A DNA stretch of 64,000 bases, from positions 310,001 to 374,000 of the forward strand of contig NW_027191406.1 in NCBI RefSeq assembly GCF_041146345.1, read 5' to 3'. Source of the DNA: Neodothiora populina (taxonomy: Eukaryota). This document shows, piece after piece, positions 26,011 through 38,335 of this stretch. The notes under the pieces are model-generated. The model ran no database searches and was not told where the DNA came from. It saw nothing but the letters and a program-made list of their open reading frames with translations. Numbering within the stretch: the first letter of the stretch is position 1; every line of letters begins with the position of its first letter. A program made the translations under genes and the position numbers.

Positions 26011-27196
26011 ATGAACTCTGGACAAAGAACTGCGAGACGGCTAGCCGTGGGATCGAGTATGTCTGAAAGTGAACGTCTGGCTGTCGGATCTTGTCTAATC
26101 TGGTGGAAATCACAGGCTGGCCCACGCCAGATTCGGTCTGCAAATCATGCCTAGCACAACTTTCTCCTTCCATGTCACTGGCCGCTTCTCAGCTACGGAC
26201 AGCTGCCAGTGCAGCGACAGCAGCATCGACTTTGGAGAGCACTTCCTCAACTAGCACCACTGTCGAATCATCACAGGGCCCGGTGGCGCAACAAGCGTAT
26301 CAACTACGAGCCTCCGTCGTTCTTTCTCGTCCGCCGGTCCTGACCCGCGCTCTACACCCCTTCGAGAAGGCCTTTTTTCTCTACCAGCGACGATTGAACG
26401 AGCGCCTGGCCCTCCCATTCACAAGATATTTCTACTACAAGAAAGGCACACCCGCGGACCGCGACTGGAAGCGAAAACAGAAGCAACGACTGACACCCGC
26501 CCGTGATATTGGTGTCTACAATGCTTACGGAGAGCATGGATGGAACGACGAGCTGCTTGTGGGCGACCGGACGAGCGAGCCTGAGGAGCAGATCGAGGCT
26601 CTCATCAGGGATGCTGAAGGAGGAGACGTCAAGGAGGGTGAGGGACAGAAGAGGGACACTTCGCAAGACATCGCCGTGCAACGACCGCTGCCCAGGCTCA
26701 CGGAAGCGGATGAGAAAAACGACCAGACCAGCCTGAACAGAAAGCTCGACATGAGTCTGTACCTGATGGTCAAGAACAAGGACGGCAGATGGAGGTTCCC
26801 GGAAGACTTGGTTCAGGGCAAGGAGGGTCTTCACCAGGTCAGTACCCAAAGATTACCAGTCCTTAAGACAGCAGATATTGACAAAGCATACAGGCAGCCG
26901 AGCGAGTTATCGTGCAGGCAGGTGGGATCAACATGAACACCTGGGTCGTCGGCAATGCACCCATCGGCCTCTACTCCTTCAACTACCCCAAGACCATCAC
27001 GAACGCGGCCGCCAAGGTGGAAGAGCTGGGTCAAAAGGTCTTCTTCATGAAGGCGCGCATCATGGCGGGCCAGGCGAGCCTGTCAGACAACCAATTCGGT
27101 GACACCGAGTACAAGTGGTTGACCAAGCCCGAGATCGAGGAGACCGTCTCGCCCAGATACTGGAGCTCCATCAGGAACATGTTGGCGGAGAGGTGA
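26011..27196 (+). CDS. MRPL17: Mitochondrial large-subunit ribosomal protein mL46 (yeast MrpL17)
   Basis: VVLSRPPVLTR, RLTEADEKNDQTSLNRKLD, MNTWVVGNAPIG and KVFFMKARIMAGQ. Introns 26057-26115 and 26838-26893. Arg-rich presequence. Confidence 0.9.
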
Positions 27197-27450
27197 AGAG
27201 CAAAAAGAAAAGCAGAAGACGGGGCAGATGGGCATATTCACGCGCCTGCGGTCAGTGAGGATCTATCTTGTACAATAGCGCTTGTGGGAGACAACGGAGG
27301 ATATTCAGAGTGTAAAGTAACATTATCTATTACGCGCCAACCTCGACATTTCAGAGTAGGCATTGGGTATCAATTATTTGCATTCGTCATTTTCGTTGTT
27401 GTGCTTGTGTGCTTCTCGCTGCGTCTCCTCGCCTCCTGCTATCTTCTTCC

Positions 27451-27931
27451 TCACTTCAAAGTGCGCTTCTGGCCGTCGACGACAGGGGGTTTGCTGCCAC
27501 CTGACGACTTGGCAGCCATGCTCTTACCACACATGGGGCATGCGTTCTTCTGGTAAGCGCAGCGCTGGCAGTACTTCCGCCCGGCTTCGGTCTTGGTGTG
27601 ACAACCATCGCAATTGCTGGCGTATGCGGCGTAGGGGTTTTTGGCACTCTTGCTTAGCAATTTACTCTGCGGGTGACAGTCAGTCAATGTGTTTCAGTAG
27701 GATGCCCATGCGCCGATATAGAGGCAAAGGCGACGGATTGGCAGTGTAGTTCAGACGTACTTTGCTCACACCATTGGTGCCCAAGGTCGCTCCTGCTTTC
27801 GCGCCGCCGCCTGTGCTCTTTGTCGTGTTGCTGCTCGAACTGGCTGCGTAGTATGAATCCGCCCTTTTCTTCACGCCGGGAGTGGCGAGCGTGGTCGTCT
27901 TGACCAGCTTCTGGCATTTTGCGCAAACCAT
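27451..27931 (-). CDS. CRIPT: CRIPT family cysteine-rich PDZ-binding protein
   Basis: MVCAKCQK...LATP, SKLLSK..KNPYAAY, CDGC, YCQRCAY and CPMCGK. Intron 27760-27667. Confidence 0.9.
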
Positions 27932-28213
27932 TCTTCCGATGATTGGATTATGGTAGCGCTACGACTTGTGTCCGAGTTGGGGACTTGGGGCACGGTTTGT
28001 ATAGTATGTGGAGCTTACACTCGTGCAGCGTGGACTAAGTTGAGTAATCCCGGAGCATCGACTTTGTCAATCCAGAGTATGATCCCGAACCCTCTGTGTT
28101 GGACATTGGTATTGACAGATTGCAACAACAATCAGTCGTAATGAAGCACCGAAAGGTTACGAACGCAAGTCGTGCCTGCCTTATCGGTAATACAACTACC
28201 TACAATAACCCAG

Positions 28214-28545
28214 CTGTGTAAGTCAACCTGGAAGGTGCCAAATGTCATTGCATCACATTTCCACAGTGCTGAAGGCACGAAGCCAGGCATCATTTTAAGC
28301 TTCTCCACACGATGGCGCGCAAGCAGCTGAAGTCCTAGAACAAAACCAGAGGACCGTGCAAGGGTTCGTAGGGAGAAATAATAATACTGCACAGTCGTCG
28401 CACGGAGGTAAAGCAATCCGACACGGTTCGGACGGGGTCACCATCTCCTTGTTGGCCATGTCGGCCATCTTGAAACGACCGTCCGGTGCCAAGAGGACAT
28501 AGGAAGTTGACCCTGTCGCGCGCGTACTCCATGGCTACCTTAGGC
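28214..28545 (-). ncRNA. Candidate large structured ncRNA with H/ACA-like boxes
   Basis: About ten nested helices whose G-U pairs fall on the minus strand. AAAUGA box at 28295-28290 and ACA at 28219-28217. Confidence 0.45.
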
Positions 28546-29189
28546 TGCATGCCATATAGCAAAGCATTGTAGAATATCACAAAGTAACATGTTGCTACCG
28601 CATCGTTGTTCCCCTAACTTACTGTAGTTCGATAAGAGAACTCAAAGGGAAGATTATCACTTTGTATCCTCGCTCGTTTCTATCCTGCTGCCAGTTCGAC
28701 GCGAATCTGTTTCGCGAATACATCGCACCGGGCAGGCAGTGCTTCCAAGCGGCTTGTCATCCCATGCTACTGCTACGTGTGTGCTCTCTATCCTGCGCTA
28801 ATTCCCCGATTCCCTTCCATAACAAATTCCGGCTGCCCACCCAAAATATTGGACGTGTCCAACCCAGCGCGACAACTCATCTACCATTATACGGTCATCT
28901 CGCTAACACTGCTTGACAAGCAGCCCTTGCAATACGATTAGGAGCGCAGTAAGTGTTGTAACAACACACTGCAAGCGCAGTCATCCTCGTACAGCTTCGA
29001 GGTTGCATACCTGCCGCATTTCATTACTCAGGAGCCCTCTCGAATCGATCAATCTGAGTTTGAAATCATACTGTCCGGTGCCTTACCTGGACCACAGCCT
29101 GGCTGTTCTGCCGTATCGCGTCGCCCTTTCTGGTGCATCTGCCTTCGCCTCGAGAGCTGGATCGCAACAATTAACCACCCGTTGCTGAC

Positions 29190-32100
29190 ATGGCCGGGAG
29201 ACCTCACGGTCAACCCCCGTTTCAAGCAACAATGACTTGTTGTTAGATTTGGACGATCAACCTATTTATAATTCCGGCCAACGGTCCCACCTTGATGATG
29301 ACACGCTCCTCTTTGATCACAATGAATCCGCGAACCATGCCACGGGCGCTCCTGCCACAGCTACCTACGATCACTTCCTGGGTGCTGCTTCGAATCAGTC
29401 CCTACCCGGCGGGCCAGGCGCTCCTGCCGCTGGCATTTCCATGCCCGCTCACTCACGCTCTTATTCGCAGACCAACGACCTGAACAACTACCAACGATAC
29501 TCGGATTTGGATGATCTCGAAGACGACCAGGACGCGAATGGCTATTATGCAGCCAGTGGCATCGATGATGAGCACTTGCCCGGGTTGAGCGATGGGAGAT
29601 TGAGAGGACATGGTCACAATCGCAACAGTATCCTGAGCTTAGGAGGAGGATTCATGGGACGTGCAAAGAACATGCTCGGTATGGCTCCAGGCTACTCGGA
29701 GATGGACCTTCCCTTGACCGAGGCGGGCGCACGATCAACCGTCATCGCAAGTGGTGGTGTCGACACCCTTCCTGAGCGACCTGCGCCTAAGAAGAGCACC
29801 CCCGGCGCACAATTCAAATTTGGTTTCGGCAGGAACTCAGCTGATCCCGCCGCAGCCGGTCCGCGCATCATTCATCTCAACAACCCTCCAGCCAATGCTG
29901 CTAACAAGTGGGCGGACAACCACGTCTCCACCGCAAAGTACAACTTTGCTACCTTCCTGCCAAAGTTCTTGTTCGAGCAATTCTCGAAATATGCGAATTT
30001 GTTCTTCTTGTTCACTGCCATTCTCCAGCAGATCCCCAACGTTTCGCCCACCAGTCGTTACACCACCATTGTACCCCTTGGTATCGTGCTCCTCGTCTCT
30101 GCCGCAAAAGAATTGATCGAGGACTCTCGAAGAAAATCTCAAGACAGGCAGCTCAACACCTCAAAGGGTCGTATCCTCAAAGGCTCTACCTTTCAAGATG
30201 CCAAATGGATAGACATAGCAGTCGGAGATGTCGTGCGTGTCGAGTCGGAGGAGTCCTTCCCCGCCGATCTTGTTCTCCTGGCTAGTTCGGAGCCTGAAGG
30301 TTTGTGTTATATCGAAACTGCCAACCTTGATGGCGAGACAAATCTCAAAATCAAGCAAGCAATCCCTGAGACGGCCAATATTGTCAGTCCGGCAGACTTG
30401 AGCAGACTGAATGGTAGGATCCGCTCTGAGCAACCTAACAGCAGTCTGTACACGTATGAGGCAACCTTGACCATGCAGACTGGTGGGGGTGAGAAGGAGC
30501 TCCCGCTCAATCCGGAACAACTCCTTCTGCGTGGTGCGACTCTCCGCAATACCCCATGGATCCACGGAATCGTCGTGTTCACTGGCCACGAGACGAAACT
30601 TATGCGCAACGCCACAGCCACTCCCATCAAGAAGACCGCTGTGGAACGACTCGTCAATGTGCAGATCCTCATGCTCGGAGGTATCTTGGTGGTCCTGAGT
30701 GTTATCGGCTCAATAGGCGATCTGGTCGTCCGTGCCACTTCGGCTAGAAAACTCTGGTACTTGGACTATGGCAACGTGAATGGCGCCAAACAATTCTTCA
30801 GCGACTTCTTCACCAACTGGGTGCTGTATTCGAATTTGGTGCCCATCTCTCTTTTCGTCACCCTGGAGATTATCAAATATTGGCAAGCCATACTCATCAG
30901 CTCAGATCTCGACATTTACTATGACAAAACAGACACAGCCGCAAATTGTAGAACCTCGTCACTGGTGGAAGAACTTGGCCAAGTCGAGTACATATTCTCC
31001 GACAAGACTGGCACTCTAACGTGTAACATGATGGAGTTCAAACAATGCTCTATCGGAGGGATACAGTATGCCGACGACGTGCCTGAAGAGCGAAGAGCAA
31101 CCGGATACGACAGCGAAATGGGTATCTTCGATTTTGTCAAACTGGAACAGAATCGACGCAGTCATGCTACTGCTCCGCAGATTCACCACTTCTTGACCCT
31201 ACTTTCGACGTGTCATACTGTTATACCCGAGACCAACGCTAGCAAGCCAGGCAAGATCAAGTATCAGGCAGCTTCTCCCGATGAGGGAGCCCTTGTCGAA
31301 GGCGCTGTCACCCTGGGCTACAAATTCATCGCAAGAAAGCCTCGCTCTGTCATGATCATGATGGGAGATCAGGAGGCAGAGTACGAATTGTTAGCAGTGT
31401 GCGAGTTCAATTCCACCAGGAAGAGAATGTCCACAATTTTCAGATGTCCCGATGGAAAGATTAGGTGCTATTGCAAGGGAGCGGACACGGTCATTCTAGA
31501 ACGTCTCAGCGGCAACAACGCGACCGTGGAAGCTACCCTTCAGCATCTGGAGGAGTATGCTGCCGAGGGTCTACGTACCTTGTGTCTTGCTATGCGTGAA
31601 GTCCCCGAGCAGGAGTTCAAGGAATGGCAAAGAGTCTTCAACGACGCTGCGACGACTGTCGGCGGCAATCGAGCAGACGAACTTGACAAGGCCGCGGAGT
31701 TGATCGAACACGACTTTACACTTTTGGGAGCCACCGCAATTGAGGATAAGCTTCAGGACGGCGTCCCAGATACCATTCACACTCTGCAATCCGCCGGAAT
31801 CAAGGTATGGGTGTTGACTGGAGACAGACAGGAGACCGCCATCAACATCGGTATGAGTTGTAAACTGATCAGTGAGGACATGAGTCTTTTGATTGTGAAC
31901 GAAGAAAGTGCCGAAGCGACAAGAGACAATCTACAGAAGAAGCTCAGCGCTATCCAGAGTCAAAATGCTGGTGGCATGGCCATGGAGGCCCTCGCTCTTG
32001 TCATTGATGGCAAGTCCTTGACGTACGCTCTTGAAAAGGATCTCGAGAAGATGTTTCTGGATCTGGCAGTAATGTGCAAAGCAGTCATATGCTGGTGAGT

Positions 32101-33347
32101 ATCTCTTATTGTTTCCTCTTCTTCTTCAACATCTGCTTACAACATATCAGTCGTGTGTCTCCACTGCAGAAAGCCCTCGTTGTGAAGCTTGTCAAGCGTC
32201 ATCTTAAAGCCATCTTGTTGGCCATTGGCGACGGAGCGAACGACGTTTCCATGATCCAAGCCGCCCACATCGGCATCGGTATATCTGGTGTTGAAGGATT
32301 GCAAGCCGCTCGTTCCGCCGATGTCGCCATTGCCCAATTCCGTTTCCTCCGCAAGCTGCTATTGGTGCATGGATCCTGGTCGTATCAACGAGTTTCGAAA
32401 ATGATCCTGTATTTCTATTACAAGAACACCGCTCTATTCATGACGCAATTCTGGTACTCTTTCCAGAATCAGTTTTCTGGAGAAGTCATCTTCGAATCAT
32501 GGACGATGAGTTTCTACAACGTCCTGTTCACGGTCTTGCCCCCCTTCGTACTTGGAATCTTTGATCAATATGTCTCGGCGCGTTTACTGGATCGCTATCC
32601 TCAACTTTACCAACTCAGTCAAAAAGGTGTCTTCTTCAAGATGCACTCTTTCTTTGCGTGGGTTGCGAACGGTTTCTACCATTCTCTCATTCTTTACTTT
32701 GTCGCAGAGCTCATCTGGCTATGGGACCTGCGACAAGGTGATGGTAAGGTGGCGGGCCACTGGGTTTGGGGTACAGGTCTATATACTGCTGGCCTGATCA
32801 CCACCTTGGGAAAGGCAGCGCTCATCACCAACATCTGGACCAAGTACAGTGTTCTAGCTATTCCCGGAAGTTTGGCGATTTGGTTCATCTTCCTCCCCAT
32901 CTACGCTACTGTAGCCCCCAAGCTTGGCTTCAGTATGGAGTATCATGGCGTACTGCCGAGACTTCTCGGTAGTCCAGTGTTTTGGCTCATGATCACCGTG
33001 CTTCCAGTCCTTTGTCTTCTGAGAGATTTTGCATGGAAGTATGCCAAAAGGATGTACTATCCACAAGCATACCACCATGTCCAAGAGATCCAGAAGTACA
33101 ATATCCAGGACTACAGACCACGGTACGTATCAATTCTATTAATGCCTGTACGTGCATCTGCTAATACGAGATCAGGATGGAGCAATTCCAAAAGGCCATC
33201 AGAAAAGTGCGCCAAGTACAGCGTATGCGTAAGCAACGCGGGTATGCTTTCTCACAAACAGATGAGTCTCAAGCAAGAGTGCTGCAAGCTTATGATACGA
33301 CGAGAGAGAGAGGTAGATACGGAGAGATGGCAAGTAGCAGGAAGTAG
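29190..33347 (+). CDS. DRS2: P4-ATPase aminophospholipid flippase Drs2; apparent 1-nt frameshift near the start
   Basis: DGETNLK, PISL, DKTGTLT, SPDE, TGDRQET, GDGAND and C-terminal GYAFS. Introns 32095-32150 and 33123-33175. The ATG at 29190 is out of frame with the main ORF. Confidence 0.93.
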
Positions 33348-34184
33348 AAAGAGGATTGAATGCAACTATTTTTTGTATATGACACGAAAAGAAAAACATG
33401 TATTGTAGCCGCATCAAGCAGCGCCTAGCGGATTAGCAAGACCTTTGAATAGAAAGACTGGATCTTGAATGAGCCCGGAGTGCCGACTTCCTATATCTAT
33501 CTCACCTTATATGAGGCGTTTCGACCTTGCACTGGGGTTCACGTACTTGCCTTCGCAACGCAAGCGTCAATCATGACACCACAATCTCAGAGCAGCACTT
33601 CTCTCTCGAAAATAAGCAGATTTTTGGATCCTGGACCATGATGACTATCATCGATTGCAGCAGCGGATGTTAGATGGACGTCTTGATGTTACAAGCTGCC
33701 TGGCTTTACTTTTCTCGGTAATCTTCACTTTCAGTCATTTACTCGGAGTGCTCATAATATCTGGACCGATCCTTGCGTATTGTTACGGTTGCAGTCAACG
33801 ATCAAATTATTATTCACGGGCTCAGCATCCAAGCATAAGCACCCTACGGTCCTAAGCCACTCTTTCCTTGTGCCTCTACAGCTAATGTTACGACTCAACG
33901 GAAGAAAGCCCTCAGCGCGCACTTTCCCATTTCATTTGATGTGTCCTTGCTTGACGCAAGGCTTTGACATATAAAAGCATTGCCCTCTCCCTACCTCAAC
34001 CCTATCATTTCGTTCCTACACCGTTATCAGCAGCGGGAAGGTTTGCCCTCATTGTACATGTTATTCGACATATGAGACGAGGGCATTGCTCATCATCACA
34101 AAACGCACTTCCTGGAAATTTAGCTTGACTCAATTGCTTCTTCATTCACTGCTGATTAGCACAAGTCATTGATGTAAACAAGAC

Positions 34185-37100
34185 ATGCCACGGCCCATTT
34201 TCCGCCGGTATCCGCCTGACTACGGTCAAACAATCGACCTGACTACTTCTGCCACTCAAGGTGTTACTGCTGGATCCAACCATAATGTCACCTACAGAAA
34301 CCCGGAAAGACCTCATAGAAACAATCACCCTTCCATATCACATATGCAGCGACAGCACCATTACTCATCCCCAAGTGGGCGCCTCAATGCGGCACCAAGA
34401 TTACCCATGGCCGCGAACGATTATCGCCCTCAGGACATTAATAGCAGAGGAGCAGCTGCAGCCTTCGCCTCAAGAAAGCGCACTCAACAGGGCCTGGAGT
34501 CTGCACATCGTGGAAGGGCGCCAAAGCGTAGTCGTCAACTTGATAATTCAAATCAGACTAATGGTTTTGGTGATCCCCGGGGACCTCAGCAGATGTTGCT
34601 CGCGGAACAAGATATCGTAGAGATATCATCAGATGAGTACGAGCATGACGATAATGGTCCATTCAACCGTGAGGGCAACATGCGTGAGCCAGGCTACCAG
34701 ATTCAGTCTTACTACCAGATGTCTGACAGTGCAGCTGGGGTCAGATATGATAGACCACGCGGGGCTTTTATTAATCAAAAATATGAAGCATCACTTTCGG
34801 ACGGCCACGGTGAAATGCTGAGGCGTTTCATTGATGACGACTCTGCTGCTGGTTCAACTCATCTTGGAACCGCACTTATGGCACCACCATTGATCAGAAA
34901 TCGCGCTGGACAAGGTCCCTTTACGCAGACCGCGCCAGGATCTGATCCAATCAGAAGTGGTAGGCAGCCAAATTTTCCTCCAGTAAGACCTAGTCTCCAG
35001 CCGGACGCTGAGATCGTGGATAGACCGCAACATAGCACAGTACCCTTGCCCGTTGTCCGAGATCGTCCTTCGTCACTTGGCCGTTCCCTTCTGACGAAGA
35101 GTATGCCAACGCCGTTCGTTGAAGAAAGCGAGTCCGAACAAGGAGCAAGAAGCCCCATCCAACACATTCAATACTACGAAGGTCCCATTAGCGGAGGTGC
35201 TTCAGACCTTTTCGTTGACAACGATCGACGCAGTTCACTCCATTCTTCGGAGACTTTGCCGCTGCACTCCATGCCAATACGGAACTATTCTGACAAAACT
35301 GAAATGCGTCAGCCTAGTGATAAAGCAAGTAACCATGACGTCGAAGTACGGCCTATAGGGGATTCTCCATATGTAGGCGATCCTCGCAGAACTATGCAGC
35401 AACAGAACGCCGATGTATGTCCTCAAGTTCCAGCAGCTCCTCTTAACAGACCAGATGGAGTATTCCAGGTTCGATCCCAAGCGGGGTTGGACCTTGACTT
35501 TCCTCGCCAGCCACCAGAAGAAACATCACTGCCACTTGTTTTCTCACCAATAGGCCCTGTGGCTCAAATTGAGGCTCCTACTGCGATCATGACAACAGGT
35601 CCAACCGCACCATGGGGTCAGGATAACGTTCACTCTCAAAGTGCGAATATCCACAGGAATCTGCAGGAAGGAGATCCGTACGGCGCATTGCATGATGAGA
35701 GACATTACATCCAAGAAACTCCAAGCATGATCCTTAATAGACAACAGAGGAATTCTAGGATCGCTCGAGAGCTGGCCAAAAGTCAACAAGACCGGGCATA
35801 CGATGCACGTACTGCTAGAGACGATAATTACAGTGTCGAGATGGCATCATACGCCAAATCGGAACAACTACGAGAAAAGAGACAATTCGCGAAGTGCAAT
35901 TCAGTCGAAGAGCAACGGCTCCGTATCCATGCGAGCTTAGGAAATGGAAGGTCAGCAAGCGTGAATCCTCACTCAAAGAGGACTGTTGATTGCAGCTACC
36001 TCTCGAATCCAATAGAGCATTCAGGACTTCGAGCTGTCCCAGCACCGCTGACTCCAGCGACCGAAACACAGGGACCGAAACCACCTCAAGAACAGCTCGA
36101 GAGCGATTGCCTATTTTCACCAGACCAGATCGCAGCCTTTGAGATTACCGAGCTTGATCTCAAGATCTGCGACTGGAAGGACAGATTGAGCATGAGCTGG
36201 AAAGATACACGGGAACTCACCAAGAAGATGACGAGTGAAGATCATACTTTCGCTGAGATAAGGGCCCGCTACAAATTGACAAAATTGAAGATGACTCCAT
36301 CAACACTGAATGCTGCTGTGGACCAGACAATCAGGACCGACCATCCAGGATTGCCTCACACGTTGCCACAGGAATTGACCGAATCAGGCTCTATCCATAT
36401 ATCTCAACTTGACAATCAAGCCACATCCGAGGTAGCAAAAACGACATCAACTACACTAATGCCTGCAGAGATTGCATTGAGAGAAAAGATTCAACTCGAG
36501 TACGAGGCTCGTCGCCTTGCAGAGATGGTTAACATCGAGAAAGAGAAGAGAAGAATGGCTGAGGAGCTCGGAACGGAGAGGGAACGACGCGAAGAAGCCG
36601 AAAGTAGAGCAGCAGAGCAGGCACAAGCTGCGAGAGAAGCACGTCTAAAGGCAGCCGCAGAAGAGAAAGCACGTATGAAGGCAGAACAGGAGGAGAGAAA
36701 GAAGCAGAATGAGCAGAGACTCGCACAAGCTGCGAGACATCGAGGCATCGAGGTTGGACGTGCCACCGGCACAGGGTTCTCTTTTCCACAATCCGATAGA
36801 GATGACACGGACAGTCTCGATATTCGCCCTGGACAGGGTGCCCATACCTCCAGATCGAAAACATGGAAGCAGCGCGACACCAATAATGATCAATCAGACG
36901 AAGAGAGCGAAAGAGCCATATCGTTCCAGAAGCCGAGGTATAAGCCGAAGAAGTTGAAGTCAGGGTCACAGCAGGAGATCGAACTCAACGCGAGAGGCTT
37001 CGCCACCCAGAGTGGCAAGACATGCCTTGACTTCAGGACTCTAGACGCATACATTAAGCAGACAGAGGATGAGGTGGACGATTCGTCTGAGGAGGAGCCA

Positions 37101-37865
37101 CTGCCTGAGGAGATACTAGGAGAGGATCTCACATACCATATGTATCTGGTGAAGTACAAAAGCTGGTCAGGCGAAGAAGAACCCGACGACGACGAGGAGC
37201 ATCCCGGACTCAGCCTTACATTAGGAGAATTTCCTTCGATGACATTGGCCAATGCTGCAGCCACGGACGAGATACTTCGTTACTCGGCCGGAGATCCAGG
37301 AATCGTCATCGACCAGAACAAGCCCTTCTCTTTCCATTCGTACCCTGGCAAAGACAATCTGTCGGTTCTGCAAGCCGACGTACCAAATGGTCATATCAAA
37401 GTCTGGGTAGTGCCAGACCTGCGGTCCAGATTTAGAGGGGAGCTCCCAAATCTGAGCAAGTCGGACTTCTACAGAAAGAGCGTGTATATCATCAAGGAGA
37501 CTATTTTATCTTCCTTGCAGGACGAGGCCTCCACTGCCGAGGACGATACCGTGAACAAGGACAAAGACGGCGCCGCCGCCGAAACTAGACAGGGTGCAGT
37601 CCAGGAGGTAGGAGATATCTACACCAGGATGGATATCGCCAACAAGGTAGCGGCAGACAGATTTGTCGAGGCGACATTCACTCGCAATGCTCGAAGGATT
37701 GATGAGGTGAACGCCCAGATGACGTCTGCAAAATGGGATATGAATCAGGTACTAGAGGAATTGCGGCTGCAAGATCAGCTCTTTTGCATGGAGAAGCCTC
37801 TCAACAACGAACAGACAGTGAAGATTTGGGTTGAGGAGCGGAAGCTGAGTGGGCCTAGGAATTAA
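34185..37865 (+). CDS. Hypothetical 1226-aa protein: disordered N-terminus, possible Myb/SANT-like repeat, coiled coil and duplicated C-terminal module
   Basis: Uninterrupted 3.7-kb ORF. E/R/A/K-rich helix at about 36480-36740. Confidence 0.75.
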   Translation: MPRPIFRRYPPDYGQTIDLTTSATQGVTAGSNHNVTYRNPERPHRNNHPSISHMQRQHHYSSPSGRLNAAPRLPMAANDYRPQDINSRGAAAAFASRKRTQQGLESAHRGRAPKRSRQLDNSNQTNGFGDPRGPQQMLLAEQDIVEISSDEYEHDDNGPFNREGNMREPGYQIQSYYQMSDSAAGVRYDRPRGAFINQKYEASLSDGHGEMLRRFIDDDSAAGSTHLGTALMAPPLIRNRAGQGPFTQTAPGSDPIRSGRQPNFPPVRPSLQPDAEIVDRPQHSTVPLPVVRDRPSSLGRSLLTKSMPTPFVEESESEQGARSPIQHIQYYEGPISGGASDLFVDNDRRSSLHSSETLPLHSMPIRNYSDKTEMRQPSDKASNHDVEVRPIGDSPYVGDPRRTMQQQNADVCPQVPAAPLNRPDGVFQVRSQAGLDLDFPRQPPEETSLPLVFSPIGPVAQIEAPTAIMTTGPTAPWGQDNVHSQSANIHRNLQEGDPYGALHDERHYIQETPSMILNRQQRNSRIARELAKSQQDRAYDARTARDDNYSVEMASYAKSEQLREKRQFAKCNSVEEQRLRIHASLGNGRSASVNPHSKRTVDCSYLSNPIEHSGLRAVPAPLTPATETQGPKPPQEQLESDCLFSPDQIAAFEITELDLKICDWKDRLSMSWKDTRELTKKMTSEDHTFAEIRARYKLTKLKMTPSTLNAAVDQTIRTDHPGLPHTLPQELTESGSIHISQLDNQATSEVAKTTSTTLMPAEIALREKIQLEYEARRLAEMVNIEKEKRRMAEELGTERERREEAESRAAEQAQAAREARLKAAAEEKARMKAEQEERKKQNEQRLAQAARHRGIEVGRATGTGFSFPQSDRDDTDSLDIRPGQGAHTSRSKTWKQRDTNNDQSDEESERAISFQKPRYKPKKLKSGSQQEIELNARGFATQSGKTCLDFRTLDAYIKQTEDEVDDSSEEEPLPEEILGEDLTYHMYLVKYKSWSGEEEPDDDEEHPGLSLTLGEFPSMTLANAAATDEILRYSAGDPGIVIDQNKPFSFHSYPGKDNLSVLQADVPNGHIKVWVVPDLRSRFRGELPNLSKSDFYRKSVYIIKETILSSLQDEASTAEDDTVNKDKDGAAAETRQGAVQEVGDIYTRMDIANKVAADRFVEATFTRNARRIDEVNAQMTSAKWDMNQVLEELRLQDQLFCMEKPLNNEQTVKIWVEERKLSGPRN

Positions 37866-38335
37866 AGAGACGTTGATTAGTCCTTTGCGAAAAGCAATAT
37901 CAGGGCTAACAGAGCCCATCTTGGATATGCTCATTAAGTGGTCTAGTACTACAGTATAGTTTTAATTGTTACAGTATCTGCGACCATGTGGTGCTGTGGG
38001 GTCCCTGACGAGATATCCTGATCTTTGACAAGTCCTGGTCGTCGAACGAACAGACCATGTGCGATATATCGTGTGCGACTGCAAGCTCATTCCGAGAGGG
38101 ACAGTTTTGAAAGCCACGGGGATTAGTCCAGATGTCGATTGCCTGCCGCCAAATGCCACTGTGCTGTGCGCAATATCGTTCCCCACGTAGGCTGCATAAC
38201 GACACCCCAAGAACCTGTCGAAGCACAACAGCGTGCTATACTCCCGACGTCCAAGCGCAAAAGAAAGTCCAGACACCACACCCGCAGACCAGACACTCTC
38301 CTATGCTCAATGCAAAGTATTCCCGATCCCACCAA

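Noticed and set aside
28330..28350. Resemblance to 18S rRNA or snR30 m1/m2 motifs (GTCCTAGAA..AAACCA)
   Set aside because: The match is only about 9 nt and lacks the intervening stem required in snR30/U17.
28295..28580. Short minus-strand ORFs (65 and 81 aa)
   Set aside because: No recognisable motif; the region is better explained by RNA structure.
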